Virus record (IMG/VR): IMGVR_UViG_2974549060_000001
Span: 11,765 to 75,764 of that record
Length of the DNA: 64,000 nucleotides
Reading direction: 5' to 3' (one strand)
Origin: a virus
Lineage: Duplodnaviria > Caudoviricetes
A model generated the notes under the pieces. It saw only the letters and a program-made list of their open reading frames with translations. It did no database searches and was not told the DNA's origin. A program made the translations under genes and the position numbers. This document shows positions 9,654-17,620 of this stretch, piece by piece; the stretch's first letter is position 1, and each line of letters opens with the position of its first letter.

Positions 9654-12200
9654 ATGTGTAATTGTGAACCGTGGAATTGTGTTGAACAGGCTGTTAATGA
9701 CGTTTGGTCTACCAAACGAGGTCAGATCACAGGTCTGGTTGATCGCGCTGAGACTGCTGCTGATAATAGCGAGATAAGCGCGAAGGCGTCAGCCGATAGC
9801 GCTGTCGAAGCTAGGGAATTTCGTGATGAAGCAGAACTCGCAGCAACTACAGCAGTAGCTGCACAGACTGTTGTAGTTGGTGTAGCTACTTCTCTACAGA
9901 ATACTGCGGATAGTCTCGAACAAAGTGCAGAAGAACTCAGTAATGCTATTGCTGGTATTACTGTGGTTACTTGGTACTACACGGCTGTATCTGAAAATCA
10001 GACTGTAATTCCTGTGCCTGATGATAAAAACCAGATTGCTATTCAAGCAATCTATAGTGAAGGTGCCCGTAAGGAACCGGGGCCAAGTCGTGATTTTACT
10101 TACGATCCAGTTACAAAACAAATTACCCTAGTTGAAGGTATCCCGCTAGGGCAGGAAATAGCCATTATTCTCGGTGTTTACCCTGAGAACTCGGACGATA
10201 TTACTCATATCCTGGCTTCCTCTGCGGGTGCAGGTTTGATTGGTACTACCAATGGTAATACTGTTCAAGATGAGTTGAATAATAATCTTCTTAATGACCG
10301 TGAGCAATGGCGTCGTAGTCTTGCTGAGGCAGGCTTAACACTTGTTGATGGTAGCTTTGAGGAAGGGGCCACCGTTGCTTCTGCCACCGACGCGATTTGG
10401 CACGCCGCAGGCGGCCAGTGCTATACGTGGGGTGGGGCATTCCCGAAGACGGTTGATCCGGCGTCTACGCCTGCATCGAGCGGTGGGGTTTCGGGCACTG
10501 CATGGGTAAGCGTTACTGACCTGACGCTGCGTAGTGCGCTGGCGGGTGCTGGTGGTGCCGCTATGCTGGGTGCTGTATCTGGGAAAAATGTTCAGGAAGA
10601 GATTGATGATCTTCACGCTAAAGATGAATTGCTTACTGGTGAAGTTTCCATGCACAGTGCATCACTTGATGATCTGGCTTATTCGGCAATATCTTCTATT
10701 TCGGAGAAAATAAGCGAGATAAAAGTAAAGGATACAGAAAGATTATATGACGCATTTGGGAATACCGTTTATTACAAAGGGAGGAATTTATTCTCGTTTC
10801 GCCGCGCCAAGCTTCATTTTGGCGATACTACGCACATTAGTAGCCTATGTATCGGTGAGATATACGAAGATGGGAGCTATGCGATAATTTGGCAAAAAGA
10901 CTACCCAATTACAATTGATGCAAAAGACCCATTTCTTAGTATTGATAATGTGAGCGGGGGGCTGATTGTCAGCTATCAGTTAATGAATGTAGCTGAAAAT
11001 ACCTACCGTAATGCCGTTATTGGTGTCGTTGACTTAAGTAGCAGCGGTTCATTTATTACGAATTCAACAATAACAACGACCAGTGATTACTTTCTATGGG
11101 GTAATGTGTTAAGAACCCCTGCTGGTAAGTACATAACCACACGGTATGCTATTGACCATCAAAGCGTAGATATCATCACATCGTCAGATGCGAATTTAAA
11201 CGCCGGAACCACATGGTCAGTCGCGAGAACTTTTCTTCTTTCGGAGTTCGCAGGGAAAACCGCAATAAACGAAACATGTTTAGGATATTACAAAGGAATG
11301 CTAGTTGCAGTGACGCGAACTGGAAGCTCAACATCCAGCATGTCTACGATGCACATATCAAGAACAAATGATTTAACCGGAGCGTCGGGATGGATAAACT
11401 TTGGGACAAATGCTGGATATGCAGGGCCTCATATACCAGCGTACACCGACGAAGAAGACCCGCTTATCATAGTCGGGAGTGTATATAGGGACGGGGTTAG
11501 ATCTGACGTAAGCATGGCCTACACTTTCGATTTAGCCTCATTATCCACGCCGGTTACTATAGCTAAAATGCCAAGATTTAATGCATATGCATCAGCTAAG
11601 AAAGTCAGTAGCGGTATATGGTCGATGGTATTTTATACTGAATATGACGAAAACCCAGATGCCACTCATATTTATCATAAGTACTTCTACTTTGAATCAT
11701 TTTTGCGGCCTGATAATCAGACAAATAGGGGTAGTAATTGGGACTATTCATTTAATTCGGGTCATTCGGCGATTGGTAATCTTGGTGTTGTTAATTCAAT
11801 AACTTCTTCGCATGAGATATATTTCTCAATGCAGAGAAGCATGGATAACATAAAAGGAGTTCAATTTGTAGTTGGCCCTATGGCTGCAAGCAAGACGATA
11901 ACCCCTGTACTTTATCGATTAGATGGATCTCTATTCGCTTCTTGTGCATCCGTCACGATACCGGCAAGCCCAGAAAATCAAATTGTGACGGCGCTATTCA
12001 ATGCGGGTAACGTAACACTAAATGCGTTCTCTAGAATGAGGCTAAATCTATTATCTAGTAGTGATACATTACCTATCGGCTCCAGATCGCTTCCTTCCGG
12101 GCATCAACCTGGGATACCTCTCAACATTCCGTTTAACCTCTTCAACTCTGGCGGTCTAGCGTCTGCACCTTACTTTTTATTATCTTTGGTGACGCTGTGA
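9654..12200 (+). CDS. tailspike / receptor-binding protein with probable beta-propeller domain
   Basis: REQWRRSLAEAGLTLVDGSFEEGAT..YTWGGAFPK tailspike N-terminal domain; Asp-box-like SSDANLNAGTTW; AT-richer C-terminal two thirds. Confidence 0.85.
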   Translation: MCNCEPWNCVEQAVNDVWSTKRGQITGLVDRAETAADNSEISAKASADSAVEAREFRDEAELAATTAVAAQTVVVGVATSLQNTADSLEQSAEELSNAIAGITVVTWYYTAVSENQTVIPVPDDKNQIAIQAIYSEGARKEPGPSRDFTYDPVTKQITLVEGIPLGQEIAIILGVYPENSDDITHILASSAGAGLIGTTNGNTVQDELNNNLLNDREQWRRSLAEAGLTLVDGSFEEGATVASATDAIWHAAGGQCYTWGGAFPKTVDPASTPASSGGVSGTAWVSVTDLTLRSALAGAGGAAMLGAVSGKNVQEEIDDLHAKDELLTGEVSMHSASLDDLAYSAISSISEKISEIKVKDTERLYDAFGNTVYYKGRNLFSFRRAKLHFGDTTHISSLCIGEIYEDGSYAIIWQKDYPITIDAKDPFLSIDNVSGGLIVSYQLMNVAENTYRNAVIGVVDLSSSGSFITNSTITTTSDYFLWGNVLRTPAGKYITTRYAIDHQSVDIITSSDANLNAGTTWSVARTFLLSEFAGKTAINETCLGYYKGMLVAVTRTGSSTSSMSTMHISRTNDLTGASGWINFGTNAGYAGPHIPAYTDEEDPLIIVGSVYRDGVRSDVSMAYTFDLASLSTPVTIAKMPRFNAYASAKKVSSGIWSMVFYTEYDENPDATHIYHKYFYFESFLRPDNQTNRGSNWDYSFNSGHSAIGNLGVVNSITSSHEIYFSMQRSMDNIKGVQFVVGPMAASKTITPVLYRLDGSLFASCASVTIPASPENQIVTALFNAGNVTLNAFSRMRLNLLSSSDTLPIGSRSLPSGHQPGIPLNIPFNLFNSGGLASAPYFLLSLVTL

Positions 12201-12299
12201 TGAATAGGAGTCCGTGCCGTGCACGTGTCGCACTGTGCCGATTTGTGACGTGATGTGCCATGCTGTGCCGTAAAAATTCGGTATGAATGCCAAGGATGG

Positions 12300-12365
12300 C
12301 TACCCTAACCAATCAGCCCACCATTGCATCATCTCTTTGCGCTTGTCGAGGCATTGAGCGTGATG
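12300..12365 (-). pseudogene. 3' remnant of an IntS/P4-like tyrosine integrase
   Basis: Minus strand reads HHAQCLDKRKEMMQWWADWLG*, against the recalled IntS C-terminus NHAQYLDKRREMMQWWADWL. Confidence 0.85.
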
Positions 12366-12485
12366 CTGGCTATGGGAGCATATATAGGACAAAAAATTAG
12401 CACAAAACAGCCCCCATCAACATACTGGAGTATTTCTTCGCTGTGATAACATGGGGCTTAAGCTCCATTTTTAATAGAGGTGAGT

Positions 12486-12980
12486 ATGGCAATGAAAATG
12501 TCTGCTGAGGGGAAGAAAGTTACTAAGTACTTCGAATCCCTTAAGCTGAAAGCATACCCTGACCCGGCCACGGGTGGTAAACCGTGGACTATCGGCTACG
12601 GCCATACCGGGCCAGATGTATACCCTGGCTTAGTCATCAATCAAACGATGGCTGACAAGCTCCTGGATCTCGACTTGGCTAAAGCCGAGGCTGAGGTAAA
12701 CAAATACTCTCCTAACCTCACGCAAGGTCAATTCGATGCCCTGGTGGATATGACTTTCAATATGGGATCCGGCTTCCTTAAGCCAGATAACATCAATGGG
12801 GACTTTGATGACTTCGTGGCCTCCGGGAATCTTATTGAGATGCGCAAGCGTATCCCTCAGTTCCGTAAGGCTGCTGGTAAAGTCAGGAAAGGTCTGGTTC
12901 GTCGTCGTGCAGCTAACGTCGCCCTTTGGGACGGTAAGTCTGGTGACGAGGCTATCAAACTGGGAGTGGCCGCAGTATGA
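12486..12980 (+). CDS. endolysin, GH24 lysozyme
   Basis: E-x8-D..T catalytic triad in FESLKLKAYPDPATGGKPWTIGYGHTG; QGQFDALVDMTFNMG; GLVRRRAAN. Confidence 0.92.
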   Translation: MAMKMSAEGKKVTKYFESLKLKAYPDPATGGKPWTIGYGHTGPDVYPGLVINQTMADKLLDLDLAKAEAEVNKYSPNLTQGQFDALVDMTFNMGSGFLKPDNINGDFDDFVASGNLIEMRKRIPQFRKAAGKVRKGLVRRRAANVALWDGKSGDEAIKLGVAAV

Positions 12981-13216
12981 AGCTGGTAGAGAACTGGAAG
13001 CAGGCACATCGGTGGTTTTCCGTACACCTGATAATCGTGCTTGCTGCATTACCCGAAGTCTGGACATGGCTTCCAATGGAGTGGAAGCAATCGCTCCCCC
13101 CGGACACCCTGAAATGGGTTTGTGGTGTCGTAGGGATCCTGGCGGTCTACGCTCGCGTAGTAAGCCAGACTAAGAAGGTTCCACCTGATGATCCTAAACT
13201 GGATAAAGACGTATAA
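12977..13216 (+). CDS. holin
   Basis: Two TM segments, charged C-terminus, ATGA overlap with the endolysin. Confidence 0.7.
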   Translation: MKLVENWKQAHRWFSVHLIIVLAALPEVWTWLPMEWKQSLPPDTLKWVCGVVGILAVYARVVSQTKKVPPDDPKLDKDV

Positions 13217-13688
13217 AGTCTGTATCGGTTTAGCTCTGGCCCTGGCAGTAATTGCCGGGGCTTGTTGGCTAACGTGGACTGTCACCGACTCTCGGTGGCA
13301 ATCGAAATATGATTCACTGGAAACTCAGTATGCTGATGCTTCCGCAAAGGCCCAGAATGAAGCCAGGGCAAAGGAGTTGGAATATGACCTCAATATCGCT
13401 AAAGCCAATGCTGAGGGGGCTAAGAGAGAGGCTGACGCTAACGCTGCTGCCGCTGATGCTACTGCTTCTGTTGAGCGGTTGCACCAACGACTCAACACGC
13501 TACTTGCTAACACCAGCACCGAAACGACCGGCACTGGACTCAAGGGCAGAACCCCCAACGAAACCATCATTCTGCTTACCAACGTGTTCCAAAAATCTGT
13601 CGAACGAAATAGACAACTGGCTGAGTTCGCAGATAATAGCTGGAACGCCGCTAAACAATGTTACGATAGCTATTATACTACCCAATAA
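13188..13688 (+). CDS. i-spanin (Rz-like)
   Basis: N-terminal TM segment followed by Ala-rich coiled coil; follows the holin. Confidence 0.85.
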   Translation: MILNWIKTYKVCIGLALALAVIAGACWLTWTVTDSRWQSKYDSLETQYADASAKAQNEARAKELEYDLNIAKANAEGAKREADANAAAADATASVERLHQRLNTLLANTSTETTGTGLKGRTPNETIILLTNVFQKSVERNRQLAEFADNSWNAAKQCYDSYYTTQ

Positions 13689-13710
13689 TTACGATAACTA
13701 TATTGTTTAA
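13408..13710 (+). CDS. o-spanin (Rz1-like lipoprotein), overlapping the i-spanin
   Basis: MLRGLRERLTLTLLPLMLLLLLSG-C lipobox; Pro-rich mature part; +1 frame. Confidence 0.8.
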   Translation: MLRGLRERLTLTLLPLMLLLLLSGCTNDSTRYLLTPAPKRPALDSRAEPPTKPSFCLPTCSKNLSNEIDNWLSSQIIAGTPLNNVTIAIILPNNYDNYIV

Positions 13711-13770
13711 ATTTTAAGTTAGTTTAAACTATAGTCAGTTAACGTTAACTAAATTTAAGGGGCACAAATT

Positions 13771-14226
13771 ATGGCTCAAATTGGCACTTATATTAAACCG
13801 GCTCCTATCGGTTCCGGCGTTGTAACCACTGACCATGTTATCGCTCAGGGTTATGATTTCGTTTACCTGAAAATGGGCGGTATGCTGAAAGTTCAGGAAT
13901 CTCAGGTTGACGGCGATCTGGTACTGGGTGTAGGTGCTGCATATGTACCACCGATTGCTCTGGTGATTACTACTAACCTTCCAGCGACCAAATCCTTCAC
14001 TGACGCTCAGACCTTTGAACTGACCATTGCTGGCTCTGGTGGCGTAGCTCCGTACTCCGTTGAATGGTACAAAGATGGTGCAAAGATTGCTAATGCGAAC
14101 AGCACCACTCTGAACCTGGGTACTGCGACCACTGCGATGGCCGGTAAGTACACTGCGGTCTACAAAGATGCGATGGGTAAATCTGTCAATTCTGTTGAAT
14201 GTACCGTGACCGTTACCGAAGCATAA
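13771..14226 (+). CDS. Ig-like domain virion protein, probable capsid decoration
   Basis: SGGVAPYSVEWYKDG...AGKYTAVYKD I-set Ig pattern; has its own RBS and terminator. Confidence 0.8.
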   Translation: MAQIGTYIKPAPIGSGVVTTDHVIAQGYDFVYLKMGGMLKVQESQVDGDLVLGVGAAYVPPIALVITTNLPATKSFTDAQTFELTIAGSGGVAPYSVEWYKDGAKIANANSTTLNLGTATTAMAGKYTAVYKDAMGKSVNSVECTVTVTEA

Positions 14227-14247
14227 TTCAGTAAAGCAGATTAATAT

Positions 14248-14272
14248 AAGCCCACACTAGGTGGGCTTTTTT
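14248..14272 (+). terminator. intrinsic terminator at convergent genes
   Basis: AAGCCCAC-ACTAG-GTGGGCTTTTTT. Confidence 0.85.
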
Positions 14273-14504
14273 ATAGCATCTGCAATCGCATATCCCGGAT
14301 GGGAATGTGCCTCAACAGCCTGGCGGCTGTCTCAATGCTCATGAAGCTCACTGGTTTACCTTCGGCATCTACCAGTTGAAATTCCTCACCCAGGTTTGGC
14401 TTACGGATCACAATGGTGTAGTCCGATTCAGCACGCTGAACGATGAACCCCGTTTTGCATTGCAGTGCTGGTACATCCCTTACACGAATAGTTTTCCGTT
14501 TCAC
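14271..14504 (-). CDS. hypothetical protein
   Basis: 77-aa ORF, translationally coupled. Confidence 0.65.
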   Translation of the reverse strand: MKRKTIRVRDVPALQCKTGFIVQRAESDYTIVIRKPNLGEEFQLVDAEGKPVSFMSIETAARLLRHIPIRDMRLQML

Positions 14505-14734
14505 TATTCCCCCTTACGTAATCGGGAGAACAAAACATTACGAACACCCTTAGAGTTCTCACGACGGAATGGCCGTATTAACCTACTGTCTTTCCGCATC
14601 TGACGATCTTTTTCCTGCTCCTGTCTCAGCACAGTACCTGGTGCATATAAACGTTGAAGCTGCCGTGAACACTCCTTGTGGTTCGCGTGTGCTCGGAGTT
14701 TGCCACAAACGGGGCAGTTTGAGAGTGTACTCAT
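14504..14734 (-). CDS. small zinc-finger-like protein
   Basis: CPVCG..H..C motif; coupled start and stop. Confidence 0.65.
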   Translation of the reverse strand: MSTLSNCPVCGKLRAHANHKECSRQLQRLYAPGTVLRQEQEKDRQMRKDSRLIRPFRRENSKGVRNVLFSRLRKGE

Positions 14735-14997
14735 TTGCCACCCCGTATAAGAGATACAGGATTGTGAACACGACCAGAAAAATTCGGCACGTTAGCATGA
14801 TCTACCTCAAAAGCTTTTGTGGTCTTATGTTTAGTGAATAGTACACCATTTATGATGATGTGACTTTCACAATTCCAATCCTTCCGGTACTTGGAGATGG
14901 TTAGCTCACTGAGGCCGGTAGCCTCAGCCATACGAGCACCGTTACCACCATATTGCTGGTTTAGGATTAACGGAATGGAATGCAGCCTTACAGTCAT
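14731..14997 (-). CDS. NinH-like HTH DNA-binding protein
   Basis: SIPLILNQQYGGNGARMAEATGLSELTISKYRKD..HIIINGVLF aligns by eye with lambda NinH (TIPDMLVEAYGNQTEVARRL..TVRKYVDD..HAIVNDVLM). Confidence 0.65.
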   Translation of the reverse strand: MTVRLHSIPLILNQQYGGNGARMAEATGLSELTISKYRKDWNCESHIIINGVLFTKHKTTKAFEVDHANVPNFSGRVHNPVSLIRGGK

Positions 14998-15179
14998 GCA
15001 GCATCCTCCCGAAGGTCTTTAACCGTTCCTTTCACTACCCAGGCATATGGCACCAGAATGGTGGCCGACTTACCTTCGATTGGGGGAATGGTATACATAC
15101 CCTGGTACTGGATAATACCGCCACCAATGTTAGGATCCGAATGCCGCTTACGGCGTAACTCAAAATTGTATTCAAACAT
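14994..15179 (-). CDS. hypothetical protein
   Basis: 61-aa coupled ORF. Confidence 0.55.
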   Translation of the reverse strand: MFEYNFELRRKRHSDPNIGGGIIQYQGMYTIPPIEGKSATILVPYAWVVKGTVKDLREDAA

Positions 15180-15185
15180 GCCACC

Positions 15186-15992
15186 TCACTTAAGGACTGC
15201 GATAATATCGTTCAGGTTCTCCCGGCTATCCGACTTAGCACTGATAGCACGTCGAGCCGGTAGTTCTGTCAGAGTAAATCCAGCCTTCTCATACAGGTCA
15301 AGAATTTTCGGGGCAGCGCTGTTGGTGATTACCGTTGGCACACCTTTTGCTCTGGCTTTCAGGGCAGCATCTACTACCCGGCGTTGAGCCGAGAAGTCGA
15401 ATGTTGTGCCTGAGTACGTGGTGAATCCCTTCTTACCGGGCATTGGTTCATACGGTGGATCGCAAAAGATTACGTCCCCCTCCTGAGCCATTGCCATATG
15501 TTCGGTGAAGTCCAGGTTCCAGGTCGTTGGCTTCAAGCCAGAGTCTAGATAGGCTTGCAGTTCAGCACGCGGGAAATATGGCTGAGCTTTCTTACCCCAG
15601 GGCACATTGAACAGCCCTTGCTGGTTATAACGGCAGAGGCCATTAAAGCAGGTGCGGTTCAGTATCAGGAAGAATGCTGCCTTTGAGTACGGCGTATAGT
15701 CGTAACTGTTCAGGCGATCCTGAACACGGTAATAATTCTCTTCGTTCGTTACCCACTGGTGGAGCTGTTCAGCTTCATCCAGCAAACGCTGGCCCTGGTG
15801 GTTCAGAACGTTGTAGAGGTTGATGAGATCAGGGTTCACGTCATTAATGCTATTCTGGGCAAAGCCAGCATTCATGAAGACGGAACCGGCCCCAACAAAG
15901 GGTTCAATCAGACGCTTACCTTTGGGAAGGCGGTGCAGAATTACAGGCAGTTGGCGGAATTTTCCTCCTGGCCATTTTAAAAAGGGTTTCAT
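15186..15992 (-). CDS. dam: DNA adenine methyltransferase
   Basis: LKWPGGK, EPFVGAGSV, NRTCFNGLCRYN, DPPY. Confidence 0.92.
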   Translation of the reverse strand: MKPFLKWPGGKFRQLPVILHRLPKGKRLIEPFVGAGSVFMNAGFAQNSINDVNPDLINLYNVLNHQGQRLLDEAEQLHQWVTNEENYYRVQDRLNSYDYTPYSKAAFFLILNRTCFNGLCRYNQQGLFNVPWGKKAQPYFPRAELQAYLDSGLKPTTWNLDFTEHMAMAQEGDVIFCDPPYEPMPGKKGFTTYSGTTFDFSAQRRVVDAALKARAKGVPTVITNSAAPKILDLYEKAGFTLTELPARRAISAKSDSRENLNDIIAVLK

Positions 15993-16004
15993 AAATACCT
16001 CAAT

Positions 16005-16025
16005 AAAAAAGCCCCGTTAGGGGCT
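16005..16025 (-). terminator. intrinsic terminator
   Basis: AGCCCC-TAAC-GGGGCTTTTTT on the minus strand. Confidence 0.8.
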
Positions 16026-16029
16026 GTTG

Positions 16030-16350
16030 TTATGGATGGGGTTTTTGTAGCTTTGCTTCCAGCAGGCTTTCGGCAAGTTGGAACAACCGGCCACCGAGGT
16101 GGGCACATACTGCTACGAAGATGGGGAGTGTCACGCCTCTTGGTAGACTGTCCTTAAGATCAGGATAGGCACCGGAGGCAAGGTATCCGGCCAGTACAGC
16201 GGAGCAGAACTCGACAAGTACCCACATTACAGATGGATCAACTTTCCGCATTAGTCTGCGGCCTACTGAAATAAAGCCACTCATCGCAGAAATGATTAGA
16301 ACCCCAAACAAATCCCAGAATTGCTGATTTGGCTGGTTTTCGAGTGACAT
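16030..16350 (-). CDS. holin-like membrane protein (N4 gp63-like)
   Basis: 106 aa with about 3 TM segments; AHLGGRLF ending typical of this family. Confidence 0.55.
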   Translation of the reverse strand: MSLENQPNQQFWDLFGVLIISAMSGFISVGRRLMRKVDPSVMWVLVEFCSAVLAGYLASGAYPDLKDSLPRGVTLPIFVAVCAHLGGRLFQLAESLLEAKLQKPHP

Positions 16351-16408
16351 TACTACTCCGGGGCGTTAATACAGATGCCACGATTCTACATAGAAATTCA
16401 GAATATAC

Positions 16409-16756
16409 CTAACTGTTGCTGGCTTTATGCTTTTGTTTCAGTGTAGTTATGAGAGCACGTTTCATCTTACCATCTTCATGATTCTTGAACTCAAGATCCG
16501 CGAAAATGGGATTAAAACCTTTAACACCAACCTTTAACTCTCGAAGATAAATAGGACTATCCTCACTCTCCTGGTAAAAGATCAGATCCTGATCGTCTAG
16601 TTCCAGCTTACCCACCAGAAGTTTATCGTAACCTTCGGCTACCTTCTGCTTGTTGTACGTCGGCGGGCTGATCATTACCTGGTCATCTTTATCCCCGTTG
16701 TCGAAATAGAATGCCTTCGTGACAAAGGCACGCAGGGGAATTTTTACCTCGACCAT
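16409..16756 (-). CDS. hypothetical protein
   Basis: Start moved to MVEVKIP (RBS GAGG). Confidence 0.6.
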   Translation of the reverse strand: MVEVKIPLRAFVTKAFYFDNGDKDDQVMISPPTYNKQKVAEGYDKLLVGKLELDDQDLIFYQESEDSPIYLRELKVGVKGFNPIFADLEFKNHEDGKMKRALITTLKQKHKASNS

Positions 16757-16763
16757 ACTGGCC

Positions 16764-17237
16764 TCACTCAAATTGAATGTTGTGTGGGATGAATTGAACA
16801 TCACGATTAAAGCGGAAACGCTCACCCAGTTTCATTAATACTGACTTATCGTCGTCAAACACATGCACTTCGATAGGCTCAGCATAGTCCAGCAGGTTCT
16901 GGATTGTTTCTAGTTTCCACTGGGATGGGTGACGATGATCGTCAATCGAACGCAGATGATAACGGCAATCCAGGGGCCAGCCAGTATTAGCTAATTTAAC
17001 TCGGGTTTCTTCAATCAAACTGTTGGCACGGTTACTAACAATAGCAATTTCAAAACCAGCATCTTTATAAGCAGCAGCCGTTGTAATCAGGGGCAGATTC
17101 AACTGCTCTGAGTGGAATGCTTCGTGCCATGGTAACCATTCGGCATTATTGCGAATGTCATGGTGGGGCACCAGCTTCTTACGATAGCAGGTGGTGTTCA
17201 AGGTATTGTCCAGATCAAACAGTGCCAGCTTGCGCAT
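16764..17237 (-). CDS. HAD-family phosphatase, PNKP 3'-phosphatase-like
   Basis: LFDLDNTL (DxDxT), IVSNR, WKLE, VFDDD motifs. Confidence 0.85.
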   Translation of the reverse strand: MRKLALFDLDNTLNTTCYRKKLVPHHDIRNNAEWLPWHEAFHSEQLNLPLITTAAAYKDAGFEIAIVSNRANSLIEETRVKLANTGWPLDCRYHLRSIDDHRHPSQWKLETIQNLLDYAEPIEVHVFDDDKSVLMKLGERFRFNRDVQFIPHNIQFE

Positions 17238-17406
17238 CTTTAACCTCTGGTTTCAGTGTACCGTCCTTGTTCAGGTCGTTACGGTTAATATATTCCCGGC
17301 GTTCTTCGTTGATACGCTCCAGGTCGCTTTCCAGACCGATAATACGACGGTCAAATTCAGCCAGGTTTTCCCGGTGAATTTTTATACGAATTTCTTTGTT
17401 CAGCAT
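17215..17406 (-). CDS. coiled-coil hypothetical protein
   Basis: 63-aa ORF with RBS GAGG. Confidence 0.6.
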   Translation of the reverse strand: MLNKEIRIKIHRENLAEFDRRIIGLESDLERINEERREYINRNDLNKDGTLKPEVKDAQAGTV

Positions 17407-17414
17407 GTAGCCTC

Positions 17415-17436
17415 AAAAAAGCCCCCGGAGGGGCTT
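17415..17436 (-). terminator. intrinsic terminator after the DNA polymerase operon
   Basis: AAGCCCC-TCCG-GGGGCTTTTTT. Confidence 0.8.
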
Positions 17437-17620
17437 AGCCGATAAAGTGATGAAGGATTTTGGCACCTACGCCAAACATTACCCCAGTGGTTACTACGCT
17501 GGAGGTGAGTGTTACTAACACGTCACCAACAGACCATTCTTCCAGGGAAGTGCAGAAGGATGATACTGCGAAGAACCAGGCCATTGTCCAATAAATCCCC
17601 CAGACGGTATTGATATCCAT
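17435..17620 (-). CDS. small membrane protein
   Basis: Two hydrophobic segments; coupled to the polymerase stop. Confidence 0.6.
   Translation of the reverse strand: MDINTVWGIYWTMAWFFAVSSFCTSLEEWSVGDVLVTLTSSVVTTGVMFGVGAKILHHFIG

Noticed and set aside
12300-12365. Evidence that this phage is temperate
   Set aside because: Only about 22 terminal codons of an integrase remain; no repressor or full integrase is present in the window.
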